Shown here: positions 28,601 through 43,600 of the stretch, in pieces
Layout of the letters: each line of letters starts with the position of its first letter
Numbering within the stretch: the stretch's first letter is position 1
NCBI GenBank assembly: GCA_964106645.2
Contig: OZ067043.1
DNA length: 64,000 nt
Strand: one strand, 5' to 3'
Source: Podarcis pityusensis
Taxonomy: Eukaryota
Notes under the pieces: model-generated
Told to the model about the DNA's origin: nothing
Database searches by the model: none
Seen by the model: only the letters and a program-made list of their open reading frames with translations
Program-made: the position numbers and the translations under genes

Positions 28601-31600
28601 TATGCTTTGGGTAGCATAAAATGATAGGTGGCCACCACTGAAAGGAGCAGAGCTTGGCTCCCATTCAAAAGCTGAACTGCTACCCAGCTCTGGAAAGCTT
28701 TTGTGGGGACTGACCAAGGGACCCTTCCTTATGTAGGATCACCATTGACTTCTACATTTGTTTTTGGCTATTTGCCTTGAAATGTTTATTAAGTTCTAAT
28801 GTTTCACTTATTTTACTATAGCACAGCTTCATGGTTAGTCCATATGTAGAAATCCTATTGTAGTGGTATATACAATGTAAGGCGCATTTACTGTATACAG
28901 TCCACCAAGGCTATTTCGTTCAGGAAAAATATATATCCTATTTTACCCTTTGGCCCAAAGGTTTCCTGGCTGGTAACAAAAATCCGAAGTTGCAAACACT
29001 TCCACAGCTATTCATCTCAACCAGTACCATAGGTCTGAGAAAATGCCTGGGATGCTTACTTTGCTGGTTTGTGGACACATTGCAGAATTGAGGGTGGCAT
29101 GTAGCCTTGCCTAAATTTGCCTAAAGCGTTAGGAGTGAAACATGTCTGGTTTTGGGGGAGGTGTCCGAAAACATGTTGGTTAAAAAATGAAAATACAGTA
29201 GACCGTTGATAGTGGGCATTCTTACAATTATATACTCTGTAAAAAAGCATTCTCTTTTGATTTCAGTCACGTTAATGTTACTTTAAAGAAACAATTAACC
29301 TGTTATTTTAAAACATTCTTCTGATTATAATACCATTCATTCACCTTCTCTTTTTTAAAAATTAGTACTTGCTGACAATCTGAAGTCCAACCCAGGAATT
29401 AAATGGCAGTACTTTAGTTCAGAAGAAGGCATTTTTACTGTGTTTCCAGCTCACAAATTTCGATGTAAGGGCAATTACGAGCACCGCAGCAGGTACGGTT
29501 TTATTTATTTTTTATTTTTTAAAAAACAAAATCTGAACAGAAAATATATCGTTGGTGATTTTATTCGATATAATTTGTAGGCTGCCCTCCATTATGAATT
29601 GTTTTATCAGTAAGGATGGTAATATAATAATCTGACCATACCCTGTGAACTTTTAATACACTCAAACAGGCGTGATGAAAATATGGATTTTAAGTGGGTT
29701 TCAGCACATGGTGAAGTTGTAGCGTGATTACTGCCTCAGGTGCTCAAACTCTAGCTCAACAGACATTCAGTGGCCCAATGCTCAGCTGATTGCAGCTCTA
29801 CAGTGGAACTGAAGATTTCAAATAGGGTGACACATGATGGTTGCTCGTGAAACAATCACATGGCTATTTCCCAGTGAGCTAAACAGTTTACTGGTATACT
29901 TAATCCCGATTGCCAACATGATAGTTCAGTCTTTTGAACAATTCCCCATTAACATCTTCACTTAAAAAAATAAAAAATAAAAATCTCAATCTAAAATATT
30001 AACAGAGCTTTCTCCAAGAAGTATTAAAATAAAGAAAGCTGAAAGAGCTTTCCAGAAAGGATGGTTATCTCCTTGCTACACACAACACTCACATACTTTG
30101 AAATTGCTATACAGTGGTGCCCTGCAAGACGAATGCCTCGCAAGACGGAAAACCCGCTAGACGAAAGGGTTTTCCGTTTTTCGATGCGCTTCGCAGGACG
30201 AATTTCCCTATGGGCTTGCTTCGCAAGACGAAAATGTCTTGCGAGTCTTGAGATTTTTTTTCGCTCCCCCCCCCTTTTTCTAAGCCGCTAAGCCACTAAC
30301 AGCCTTTTAGCAGCTAAGCTGCTAAGCCTTTAATAGCCGCTAAACCGCTAATAGCGCTAATCCGCTGAGCCGCTAATAGGGTTGCTTCGCAAGACGAAAA
30401 AACCGCTAGACGAAGACACTCGCGGAACGGATTAATTTTGTCTTGCGAGGCACCACTGTATAGCAGAAGCTTAATAGGCTGCTGCCAAACCAGAAAGGTG
30501 TGGCAAGTGGAGTTCCATTATTCAATTAAGTTGAATGAGTGAAGAAGTATTCAATTGCAAATGCTGGAAGGGACTGAAGACAACTTCTAGATTAAGAAGT
30601 CTGTCAGCAGTCAAATGCCCTGATCCAGCAAAAGCTATCTACGTGCGGAAACAGGTTCCTTGTGTTCCATGTGCAAGGATGTAAGAGAAGTTTATTGGGA
30701 AGAAAAGTAACTAATATGAACATAAGATTGGAGCTGGATCAACCCAAGTGGCCCATCCAGACCCTGCTCTTTTCTTCCGGCTCAGTGTTCTTGCCATGGT
30801 TAAAAACTTCATTTGACATTACAGTGGTTTTAAAATTTGCCTCTTTTATTGCTTTATCACATGAATTCTGGGAATTGTAGTTCTACGAGAATACAAATTA
30901 CCTCTTAGATAGGTTTGTCCCATTAATAGAAAGGTAATTTTCAGAGCTGCTTCAGAAGTATCAGTGATTAAACAAGGCATGTATTTGTGGCATTTTTATT
31001 CCACTCATTTGAATGGATGTTTGTCAGCGTTTCCTTTGCATGTAAGCTTTGCATGTCCACTATGTGTTTTAAAGATCCTATATGTTAATACTGTACCAGT
31101 GTATGGCTGTAGGTTGTTTTAATATTAAGAGCTGATGATGCCAACAAGTATAATCTTATAGACTATTTTCCTGAATTCCTTTTTCCTGTAATAAGAATTA
31201 TCTGGGAGTCTTTGATATAGTAATATTTAGACACAAAGATCTTTTGTTTATGCCAGAGAGTCTTTGGTCTTGACAAATTGAGAGGTGGAACAGGGTGTGT
31301 ATGTTCCTGTTTTGTCTTTTTAATTTCCTTTGTCGGGATTCCTTTGTCAAGATTTTCAAACCTCAGTGGAAAAAACAACAACCTTGTTTTAGTCAAACCC
31401 TTCTCAACATGCAAATACTCTGCTCCCTTAATAGACCTGACAAAGACTTCCTTTTAATAGTATGCAGAGATAAGAAAGTCTTGCAGATTATTGACCTTTA
31501 TGAATGAATTACATTCTAGGGCATTAATAGGAAAGACTATCATGGCAAGAGACTTTGTCTGATGATCATAAACCCAAGCCTAATGCACTAATGCAATTTT

Positions 31601-34600
31601 ACACAGTTTGCCTTTTTCCCTACATGCTAGCTATACTGTGCTGTAATAATTTCTCCAGCTGCTTAGCAGTCACTGCATCAGCTGATATAGATGTAAACCG
31701 GTTCAGACCTCATGCTTTCAGTGCAAAACAGGGATTCTTTGTTGAAACAAGTTCTGCATGATGTAAACATCATAATTGGTTGGACTATTACTAAATGATG
31801 GATTTAAAATTGGATACCCAAGGCTTACTCAGATAACCCAGTATAATTTTTCCTGTTGCATTCGAGAATTAGACTTGCACACACTGTTTGTGTACCATTC
31901 ACACAGTTGCACAGCAGACTCTCTGGGGAAGCTAATTCACTTTTAATGCTTGAAATCTTTATCATGGTTTGTCCTCTCAAAAGTCTCATCAGGTAAGGTC
32001 ACTGTTATTCCAGTGTTTATAAATATTTGGGGAGAATTTTGTCCAAGGCTGCCAAACAAGTCAGCCGCTAAACTGGGATTTGCTCAACCAAAAATAAGCA
32101 GATGAAAGAAGTAAATATAGCATCCGTATCAGCTCTCAAAACATGTTCAAATCATTGTTTAAGAGCTCTTTAATATGGTGCCTTTTGCAGTTCTTTGCAC
32201 AGTGTGATGTAGTGGTTAGAATGTTGGGACTAGGACTTGGGAAACCAGGGTTCACTGCCTCTCAGCCTAACCTACCTCACAGGGTTGTTGCGCGGATTAA
32301 ATGAGGAAAGGAACACCTCCTTGGGAGGGGGGAGGGGGGTGTAAATGCAATAAATATATAAATATTTACAATACCAAGGAGTGCCTTCCAATGAATTCTC
32401 CTTCAGTTTTGTTCAAAGCTTCTGTGCAGCTTCCTGACTTCTTTTTCAATTTCAGGCCTGTCTACGTTTCTACAGTTAGACCTCAGTCTAAACACATAGT
32501 TGTCATTGTGGACCATGGGGCTTCCGTTACAGAGACACAACTCCAAATTGCTAAGGATGCGTCCCAAGTTATTCTCAACTCAATAGATGAACATGATAAA
32601 GTGAGTTAACTCTTGCAAGACATGTTATGGTTTTGAATGTTCATTTTTGTTTGGGGGGGTGCCTCCAAGGCCCAGTGTGTCAGTACTGCACTTCCTCCAG
32701 TCATAGCTTTAGGCAGGCTTAGAGTGCCCCTAAAGCCTGGTGCTGGTGCACCCCCGTTTTCTAGCCTTGAAGAAATTCAGGATTTTTTTCCTCCGTGTGA
32801 TTCTTGGCTTCAAATGTGCTCTGATCATCTGACGCCCAGCATTTTTGCAGGAGAAGAAGAGGATGAGCATGGGGCAACTATTGTACATATAATACTCTGC
32901 TTCTCAAGTGATCCGTGCAATGGAACAGGGATGTTTGCTGTGGTTTGCAAATTTGGGGACCTCAGCTGGCAATATATTGTGGAGGGATGGGGGGTGGGGA
33001 GAGATGAGTCTTCAGTAAAACTTCCTTCTGTGGCTACTTAAAATGTGGTAGTTCCCACACAGGTTATTCAGAAGACTCATAAACGTGATTTTGTTAGGAC
33101 CCTAGCCCTTCCTGTTGTCTCATACTTGGCAATAACATCCCTTTCTCCTTCAAATCCTATGCTGGTGTAGCCCTAATGCCCGTTACTTGTAGTCTAGAAG
33201 CTCAGTAGGTTTACGTATGGGCAGAAACTGCAAGGTTTACCTATGAGCAGAAACTGTCATAATTCCTTCGCAAAACAAGGGCCAAAATCTCTCTCACACA
33301 CAAGTCTAACCCTTTTCAGGTTTGACAGATTTATACCTCAAGTGTTCTTTTCTTAGACAATTGAATCTTAAACCCACATAGACTTTTCTGTTGGCTTATC
33401 GTGGGGTGTGCTATAATACGGCACATAAAGAATTCTAAACGGTAGGGTAATCCAACATATGTATTTCTCTCTCTTAAGATCTCTGTGTTAACCGTGGCAG
33501 ACACAGTGAGAACCTGTTCCTTGGATCAGTGCTATAAGACATTTCTGTCTCCTGCCACCAGCGAGACAAAAAGGAAAATGTCCACCTTCGTTAGCAATAT
33601 AAAGTCATCTGACAGCCCTACCCAGCATGCGGCAGGATTTCAAAAAGCGTTTCAGCTGATACGAAATACAAACAATAGCACAAAACTCCAAGCAAGTAAG
33701 TCTATTATTATGCAGTATTAATGGGGTCCCCCTCCTCACCCTCTTACCCTTGCATCTTTCTTTCTTGCATTTCCTTTTTTATTTTACTATCTCCTTTTAG
33801 CAGGGGTTATAGAGGGTTGTAACATTTTGAAGTACTAGTTTTTATTTTTATTTTACCTGAAATGACAGTGTTTGTTTTTAAATGAATGTGGTGCACAGCA
33901 GCCAAAAGAAGGTTTCGTTGCATCTTTGTCTTCACCTCTGCCAATTTTCCTTTCCTCACATGCCTTAGTAACTGCAAGGCCATGTTAGCTAGATGTTCCG
34001 CACAGAATCATCTCATGGGGCAAATAAGGTGATTCCTTTCTGAATCCAACTAATGTCTGAACTGCTATAAGTGAGTTTTCATCCACTGGTGCAGAATGAC
34101 CCAGATAATGAAATATATGTAGTTCCAATTTGAAACTTAACAAATTTGGGCTTCACCAGTATCTAGTCCTGAGGCCTAGGGTGTTATGTGCTGTAGGTAA
34201 GATAAAGGTCGCACACTGTCTGCCACAAGTCAAGTAACAAACCTCAGACAAAGGGGTTTTTTCTGTATTCAAACAAAACAAAACACGCATTTCATTCCCA
34301 AGATAAATTTTAGTTTAGTAAAAACAAGGACTGAGAGTTTCATTTGTGCCAGCGCATACTCAGACTCTGTCTTGGTGTCTGTGCACAAAACCAGGCCTCA
34401 CCCTTGAAATAAGTGAAGAATGTGGGAGATTTTGCAGTCAAATACATGAAAATGCTCCTAAGCAGATGCAGGGTTTGCTACCATGGAGCCACTGCAGAGC
34501 AGAAAGAAGAGCTTCAGATTGGAAGGTGCCCTTTCCAGGCAGTCTTGACCCCAGACAGTTTACTGAAGGAATCGAGCACCATTTGTGTGCAGCAGCTGCT

Positions 34601-37600
34601 GAAAAGCAAGCACCATGTACCGTTCCAGCTCCAACAGCATGTTCTGAGGGCAGTTGTACAACTACCAGTTTCATCTCTGCATGGGTTGCTTTTGAGCACG
34701 CCATCGCATCTAATCCGATAAAGTTGTTGTGACCTGCTTGAAGCCCAGAATTCGTTACATCCTGATGGCAGCGTGTCTCTCACAAACCTTCTATCAAACA
34801 TTTGCTGTCTACACAGTCCTGTATATACGTAATAGTATACACGAGTAGACGATCCAGTTTGAAAAGACGAAAAGTAAGATGGCAGGAATTCAAAACCTCC
34901 ATATTTATAGTTATAAGTGCTAAACAAGCGTATGTAGAGTACATAATACAGTGGTACCTCTGGATATGCATACCTCTGGTTACATATCCTTTGTGTTACC
35001 CAGAAGTATTTTCCCGGGTTTCGGCGCATGCGCAGAAGCACTCTACTGCATTGCATGCATGCACAGAACAGGCACCTCTGGTTGCAAATTCCTCGGGATC
35101 CGACCGGAGCTCCAGAATGGATCCCGTGTGCAACCGGAGGTACCACTGTAGTTACTGAAGCATCAAACTCCCTAACTGGTGGGGTATAAAGTATGAGCAC
35201 AATACTTAGATCTATATAAAACTCCTTGCAATGCAGACAGATAAAGTCAGATTGGGCAGGTGGCACCCAATAATGAACTTTTATTTTGTTCTGTTTCAGT
35301 GTTCAGGGTTTCGACGCTGTTTTACAGTTTCAGCTTTATTTTCGTAGTTCGTTGTAATTTTTTCCTTGTCTCAAAAACACGGGCATGGTTTTTCTATCAC
35401 TGTGGGAAACCCTTTTTTTCAAAAACGGCTTCGTGTATCACTTTTGTTCCTTTCTAAAATAGGCACTGGGAGCGTATGCTAGCCTTTAAAGCTGAGGTAT
35501 TGTATATTGTGCACAAACAACAGAATGGAGGGGCCATACCACTCCATAATTTCAGAAATAGGACGTGCAAAGTACTTCCATTTCCTTGTAAACAATCCTC
35601 TTGCTTGTTTTCATTTCCAGCAGAAAAAAAATATTATTCTGGTGTGTTGTGAGGTTTCTAACTTCCTGCTCTCCCAGCAGGCTCTGCATGCATGTCAAAT
35701 AAGCCACACAGTATTTTTATTTATTTTTTTAAATGGAGATTTGAAATGCACATTACTGAGGCATATCTGGTTTGAGAGATAAGAATGATACTGAAAAGAT
35801 GGCTGTTTGCATACCTCTCAGCTAGTCTCCAAAAGAGCAGTGGCCACCTCTAATTAATTTACATTCTTACAGTTCTTTCATTCCAGAGGGTTTCACAACA
35901 CTTTCATAAATGATAAATCCTTACAAAGCTGTTACGGCAATTCAGTAACCTAGGATAAAAACAGAAAACAAGTGCCAATAGTCAGATGGAATACAGTCTG
36001 TTGACAATGGAAAATATATGGCCAAGGGTTTAAAAACACTTGGGTACCTTGCAATGCAATTTGTTTAAGTATGCAATAGAAAAGTAAGATCCTAAAATTG
36101 TAAGGAAGAACAGTAGCTTGGGCTATAGAACTGCAAAATAAATTAGGTTACTGCTACGACCTCTTTAACAGTAGAAGAATGATGTTATGAACAAGTGAGT
36201 GGTGTCAATAATATTCCCCACACTCAATGTTTTCCAGGCACTGACTGGCCCACTGAATAATGCAATTCTGTAAACTACTGTCTGCCTGTTGATTTGGAAA
36301 CAAACCTCAGTAATATTCTGCTACTGCTGGATGGCAAATTGCATTTTCTACTTCATCTGCCATTCTTCCAGTAGCCCAGAATGGTTGGGGATGTGGTTAG
36401 TTTGGAAGTGCTACATTAAGAGTGATGATACAGAAAACCAGCTTTCATTTCTTCTTTATATTTCCTACTTCCTTCATCCAAAGTGCCAAACTAGATGTGT
36501 GTTATGTTTGTTATGCCTATTTGCCTAGTAAACATAGATGGGAGTCTGCTTTTTTGGGGGGGAGGGGGTGTCAGAATGTGTACCTTACGTGGCTATGCTC
36601 AGATGCTTTCAGCCTCGTCCAGTTCCAATATTGAAAGGGGTGAAATAAGATCCTATAGGTTGGATCCGGTGTATTTACTCAGGTCCATTAATTTCATTTC
36701 GTCTACTCTGTATACAATCCTATATGTTGTTGCAAATTTAGGAATAAAATATTGTAGTCTCCTGGCCAACATGCACACATTGCCATCCCCTCCAAGATGT
36801 ACACCACACACAACCAGTCTCCCAAATAGCACAAATCAATGTTATTGTGTTTGGATTAAAGGTTTCTTTTATGTTAGATTCTGGCTTGAAAGCTCTGTAG
36901 GATGCAGTAGAGCTCCTCCTGACCAATCTACCCGCTACCTATTATTGCAGTGGTGGTTTTTATATTTTCATTTACTGCAAAGAGTCTTGATGCTGGGAAT
37001 CCAATGTTGCAGATACATAGCATAATGTAACATGTTTTCTAGTCTAACAAGCTCCCATCTTACATATCTCAGATACAGATATGGTCATAATTTACTTGTC
37101 GGCTGGAATAACGTCTAGGGATTCATCAGAAGATGGTAAAAAGACCACACTTCGTGTCATCAATGAAGAAAATGGTTTTCTTAACAACTCTGTAATGATC
37201 CTCACGTATGCTCTCATGAATGGTAAGAAGTTATCTTTTTAAAAAGAAAAGAAAAATTAAACTTCTAAGGTTCTTTAGGCTTTGATATGGTCAATGGTCA
37301 GAGATGATAGGACCAACAACCCATTGTGTGGGTAATGAGAGGGTTTTTCTACTATTTATAAAGATTTCCACATTTGTGCATATATGATGTTTCAGAATTG
37401 CTTAATAGGCCAGAGATTTACATCTTCTCATCTGACTGTAACATTTCTTTTGCAGAGGGAGTGACAGGTTTAAAAGAATTAGCATTTCTCCGAGATCTGG
37501 CAGAACAAAACTCGGCAAAATATGGAGTACCTGATCGAACTGCTTTACCTGTGATAAAAGGGAGCATGATGGTACTGAACCAGCTGAGCAATTTGGAAAC

Positions 37601-40600
37601 CACAGTTGGCCGGTTTTATACAAATCTCCCAAACCACATGGTTGATGAAGCAGTGTTCAGTTTGCCCTTTTCAGATGAAATGGGAGATGGTGAGTGCTTC
37701 AGGGACCTGAAAATGAAGATGCTTTTAAAAAATAAAAAATGGAAAGGTTTACAATGACTTATGTATCTAACAAACTTTGTAGGTGGCATTTTTACATGTC
37801 TGCACCTTACAGAAGCTATGAAATTAGGAGAGTTCCTGGAGGTATTGTACTAAAAACCCTCCATCCACAGTACAAGAGGCTTATTTGGAAAACGAGGCCA
37901 GTGTAGCATGATGTCCAAAGATGGTGATGCAGTAGGCTATAAGTAGGTTTGCTTGTCCTAGTACACCATAGCAAAAGTTAATGGCTTACTGTGCTTTGCC
38001 CCAGTGTAAACAAGAGCAGCAAACTGCAATCCCTGGCCTAGCCTTACATCCAAACCGTGAGTACGGTTTGTTTTGCTCCAGACAAACCACAGTGTGAAAC
38101 AAGTATTTATTCTTGGCTTACCAATCTTTTTACTTGAGTGAAACAAGCCACAATCTACAATCTGTACATAATGCTAAACTAGGGATTATGGTTTGTTGCT
38201 ACGGAAAGAGTGAAGCAGAAATGAGACTCCACATTTATGGTAAATTATTAGCCGTTGCCCACAATGACATGTGAACCAGGCCATTGTCAAGAATGGTTTC
38301 TCTTGTTTCAATTGCTGCATATTCCCAAAGGCCTAACAAAATTCTGACGGCTGCTTTTGTTGTAGAAAAGTTACATGAGGAGGAGGCAAACTTTCACTGG
38401 AAAAATGGCTTCCGCTTTTGAATTGAGGCTCCCTCACCACCATTAGCTTTCTTTGCTCTCGAGTTCCAGATTCATGTTTGTAAGAGTAAATGCATGTCTG
38501 GTAATCCATGGGGAAGAACATTGGCTTGTGGCATAGAGGGGACTTCAAGTAGCCACTTGGGTTGCTTCTTCACCAAAAATTTATCTGTGTGACATTTTAT
38601 TTTATTATTAAATTTATACACCACCCTTCATCCGAGCCAAGATAGTGCTGGGTGCTTAGATAAAAACAGAAGACAGAGCTGGATCTTGACCAGTGTCTGT
38701 GGTCAAGCTGGTGAGGTTAAAGCAGGCTGAAATTCAGGCCAGAAAGGATAGAGGTTATTTACATGCTTGGAGAAGGTGGTTAATTCCTGTAATAGGTGTG
38801 GTGGCATTTTTTCTTCCAATCAAGTTGATTGCCTAGGGCTGCTGGGTAGACTGGTGTCAGCAGTGGCCAGGAGCTATATTTGTCAACTCCATTTGTTGCG
38901 TATGTGATGCTTTTTTGGAAGAAGAAGAAGAAAGATCTTGTGGTGCTGTTCTGCACTTTTGTGGATTGACTGCTGCGATATACGTCAACGTGATGGCTGT
39001 CCCTGGAAATCTTAGTTTTATTTTATTTTATTTATTTGGGATTAAAGCTTAACCTCATTTGGAGTATTTGAGAAACCTAGCCATCATGCCTCTATTATGA
39101 GGAAAATAGAAAACAAAACATAACAGTTCCACAAGGAGTAGAGCTGTAAGCATTTTATTTGGATCAAATTCTTTCTGCCAAGTACTTTTGGATGCTCTTA
39201 AAGCAAATTCTCTTTGCTGTATCACGTGACCGATATCATAAAAGCTTCGATATATATTAAGAAACCACCATTCAGATGAGGAAGTAGATGGTTCCTTCTA
39301 CAATATACAACAAAGGCATTCCAACTTGTAACAAAATTATTCTGTCATTGACTCTCCCACCTTTTTAGTTCTTAGGTAGTGTGTCAGTTTCACCGTAACA
39401 GCCAGTTCCCAGTTTTCCCACCCATTCATCTATTGTTGGTAAGATCTGTAAACACCATTTTCCAGCATATAGTAGCCTCAGTGCTGTAACTGTAAACAAG
39501 ATTAAGTCCCTAGATCCCTGCCTCCTTGGATTTTTTTAATGCTGCCACCATCCCTGACATACGCATGTTGGGAGCACGACCAGCATATCAGGGTTGCTCT
39601 ATCCCATCCCCTGGTCCTACCACCAGCTAGCTGAGCCACAATTGCTACTATCTCAGCTGCTGCAGCAACGGTGGTGCTGGACCCCATTGGACCCTAGCGA
39701 TTGCCCCACGGTACTCAGTCCTGACTTTAGACCTACAGAAACAATATGCAGTACATAATTGGCACTTGAATTACACACAAGTGTCGTATATTATGGGCAA
39801 ACAGCTGGTTTTCCAAAGCATGGAGATGTGCAGCAGCGATCTTGCTGAAATTAAGCAGGTCTTGAGTATGGTCTGTTCCTGGATGACAAACGGCCTGGGA
39901 ACCCTGTGTTTGCTGCTTTGAACTCCCTGGAGAAAAGGCAGGATGTAAATAAATCCATAAATATAATTGTGTATTACTATTTCTTCTCTTTTCCTAAGCT
40001 CTTCTGTTCCCACTTATATATAGTGCTATTTATTATCTGGGATTCTTGCTGAAATTATTTTGGGAAGTCCATCATTGATCTCCATGCTACCCTGGAGGCC
40101 AAAGGAAGGAATAGTTCACCAAACTTGCATAATTTTGTGCGACTATTCAAAGGAGCTAAATATGCATTTGCAATTCAAATCCCTTTTTTCTTTATTTTGG
40201 GACGGTGCTACTTGGCAGTATCCAGCTTTGAATTGAATTTACTGGACATGATTCCTCAAATTACCATAAAAACTAATCATGCCCATCTTTAAGTGTTTGA
40301 AAACATTCATGCATTTTTCTTTTATCCAGCTACACTGGGCATAAACATTGCTGCTTTCATGTTTAGAATTATAATGCTTTCTTTTACCCTGAACCTACTG
40401 ATATGCATAATCACCAAATGTCTGCTTAAAGATGCCTGTGATTAAACAATATACAAATTGCTGGAATAATAAACAAGCAAACCACAAAAGTATATTGGAG
40501 CAGCATAGCTGGTCCACTTTATGCTTCCTAACAGTTGCAATTTTATTTTTTTTATTCCTTCTACCCCACCCAAAATATAAAAAATTGGCACATAGGTTAC

Positions 40601-43600
40601 ATCAATACTGCTGATAATATAATGAGTTAAATTCCTTTAGGGAAAGTGCTGTAGCATTTAGTCTGTTAATTGGTTTGATTAATTTATTTTAATAAATTAA
40701 AAAGGTGCCCCCTATTAATCAGGCAATATATTGTTTTAATTAAGTAGATTAATTATTTCCAAGTTCTGTGCTTTGCCACACAGGATGGCTCTTGCCTTTC
40801 CTAAAACGAGATCTGCAGGCAACATCTAAACACAAAGAAAGGTGCTCCCTTTCAGAACAATTGTTGGTTCATGTACAGTTGTGTGTACTAATGTAACTGA
40901 TTGATTAAATTCATATTATGGTGTTAGCCAACTTAGAGTTCTCTCCACCATCCAGTGGTCTCCTTCTTCCTCAAGAGACACTGCCCCTTCTCCCTTGCTG
41001 CCTTGTACGCCTGGACTTGCCTCCAGGAAAACGTGTGATGCCACCTTTCTGACTTCTGTCAAATCCCTCCTCAAAGACCACAGTTTTCGTGAAACCTAGG
41101 AACATACATAATGTGGCTATAACTTAAGCCCAAGCATGTGAAACTGAAACAACTGTGTATAGCTTCCCTGCATATATTACTTTACAATGGCTTTTCGGTG
41201 GGTTGTACGTCATTCCATAAAACCATATACAACTGTCTGCTGGTGTTTCGCAGCATAGTTTCTCATGGGACCACAATGCTATCCTCACAATATTATTGCT
41301 GTAGAGATTCTGAACACTCACCTAGAGTGTCTGTTGCAATGGCTAATAGAAGCCGCCCTGCTCCCTCCGAAAGAGGTAATTTAGACTGCGCATAACTTCT
41401 TGGAAGTAAATCCCACTGCATGCAATAGATTGGGCCACAAATCACCTTTCTATCTCCATATATAGCTACCGGAGAGTTCCTTATTGCTAACTGTATGCGT
41501 GCTTTTTCTTGTTATTAATAGGTCTGATAATGACTGTAAGCAAACCTTGCTATTTTGGAAACCTACTACTAGGAATTGTTGGAGTAGATGTTAATCTTGC
41601 CTATATTTTGGAAGATGTCACTTATTACCAAGATTCTTTGGCTTCCTACACATTCCTAATAGATAATAAAGGTAACTTCATGGCAATCAAAATACTTCAT
41701 GTTTTAAAGGTCAATAGTCAAATCTGTATTGTTTACTTTCTGATTCAGGTTGTCTCTTTGTTTTTGTCAGCTCGTAAATAATTACCTATTGGCACTCCAA
41801 AATTCTGTTTTTGGTTTTTTTAAAAAGGGGATTGCAGTGTAGTGCTACATGTTTACTTTGGACATTTTTATATAGCAGGTAATGTGTCCTGTATATGATG
41901 ATAAACATGTGTGCCAACTCCTTTTTCTTTTCATTTTTAGGCTATACCCTTATGCACCCCTCCCTTACCAGACCCTACTTGCTTTCTGAACCACCGCTTC
42001 ACACAGATATAATACATTATGAGAATATTCCAAAATTTGAGTTAGTTCGACAGAACATCCTTAGGTAAGACTTTGAATTAATGCTTCATACATACTTGCT
42101 GCATGCATGCTTACGCTTCAGTGGAAATTATGCTGTACTCAATGATTACAATTCAGCAGCTGTGATTCACTTGTGGTCCTACTGGTGTTTTTAGTGGGCA
42201 GATTCTCCATACATCCAATAGGAAATCTCATGGTTTTGAATTGTGCTCATAGGTTCAGTTGCCATAGTTTAGTTTAAGGCTGCAATCCATTCTCTTCCTG
42301 CAAAAGTACCATTGAAATTAATGGGGGCAGCACACAATTATTTGAGCTTGCTTAAAGTTTCCCAACATTTCATTGGGAACATTGCTCAGGAGAATATTGG
42401 ATTGTTCACAGGCCGTCATCCCAGAGCCAAATGGTACTTTCTTTCATTTCTTCTGGGGATGTGTCTCACCATTTTGAATACCTAATCACCAGATACTCAT
42501 TCTGGATTTTATTTCCTGTTTTTAAAATCCAGGTATTCTTGGGTAAATTCACTGGGGTGACAAGGGACAGTCCTGTCCTCTGTTCAGATGTCTGCAGATT
42601 ATTGTTGTAACTTTTCTCTCCTACTAGCTCTTATTTTAACAAAGTTAATTTGTATGCACAGTGGAACCTCAGTTCTTGAACATCTCCGTTGATGAACGTT
42701 TCAGAACCCAAACGCCAAAAACCTGGAAGTAAATGCTTCCGTTTTCGAACACACCTTGGAAGTCGAACAGCTTGCGCTGCGTGTTTTTCAGTTTTCTCAA
42801 CTGAATTTGCTGACAGCCCTTTGCGCCTGTTTTTGAACGTTTCGGAAGTCAAACTGTCTTCTGGAACGGATTACATTCGAAAACCGAGGTTCCACTGTAT
42901 CCTGATCTTGAAATCATGACTTGTAAGTCAATATAAACATCATTCCCATCCCCATTCAGCCATTAATAATTTTTACAGACTACCTCCACCCCAATGGATT
43001 TAACGAAGTGGAGATGCCAAGAGTGGAAACATTGATTCTACTGGTGTGTCCCAATTGTAATGACAACAGATTTTTCAGCCTACTTCAGTCTCTGTATTAT
43101 TGCTGTTACATGTTTTCAAGGCTGCAGCTAGCCATTAATCTTTAAACCCTGCCTATATTGTCCTTGCTATATAAACTTTGGTATACTCCACATATTTGAC
43201 CACTCACAATTCAAATCGCTTTACTAAATAAGTCTTGACTCTAAAATAAATAAATGTTACCCTTCTTAGGCTTATTTATCTTGTATTTATAAAACAGCAT
43301 GGACAATAAACCTGAGGCTGCAAATATATAAACACAGAAATCAACTCTGTTGGTTTTGCTGTATGTCATCCTGCACTTTTAGTTCTGTGTTCTGCCACAT
43401 AGGCTCATAAAGGAACTACATGGTTTAGAACAGACATGGAAACCATCAGTTACTTTGAGAGAAAAATGCTAGGCTATCAAAACACATCAACTTGCAAAGG
43501 ACTGGACAGTGTTATACAGTCTTGCAAATAGCTTTTATACATTCATCTGCCCACTGTTTGGTCTTCTCTTGCAGCTTCTTAATAACCTTTTCCCACTTCC

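Noticed and set aside
20545-30291. Similar ORFs at 20545..20838 and 30061..30291 ([12 protein letters not shown]...) suggesting a duplicated gene
   Set aside because: Both are read-throughs of the two family A MITE copies.
33207-33256. 26-bp-period tandem duplication (also a small one at about 44537-44584)
   Set aside because: Ordinary slippage duplications with no sign of function.
34514-35266. Longest ORF in the track (250 aa, minus strand)
   Set aside because: It runs through a MITE (34949-35148), has no recognisable domain and is antisense within an intron; a chance ORF.
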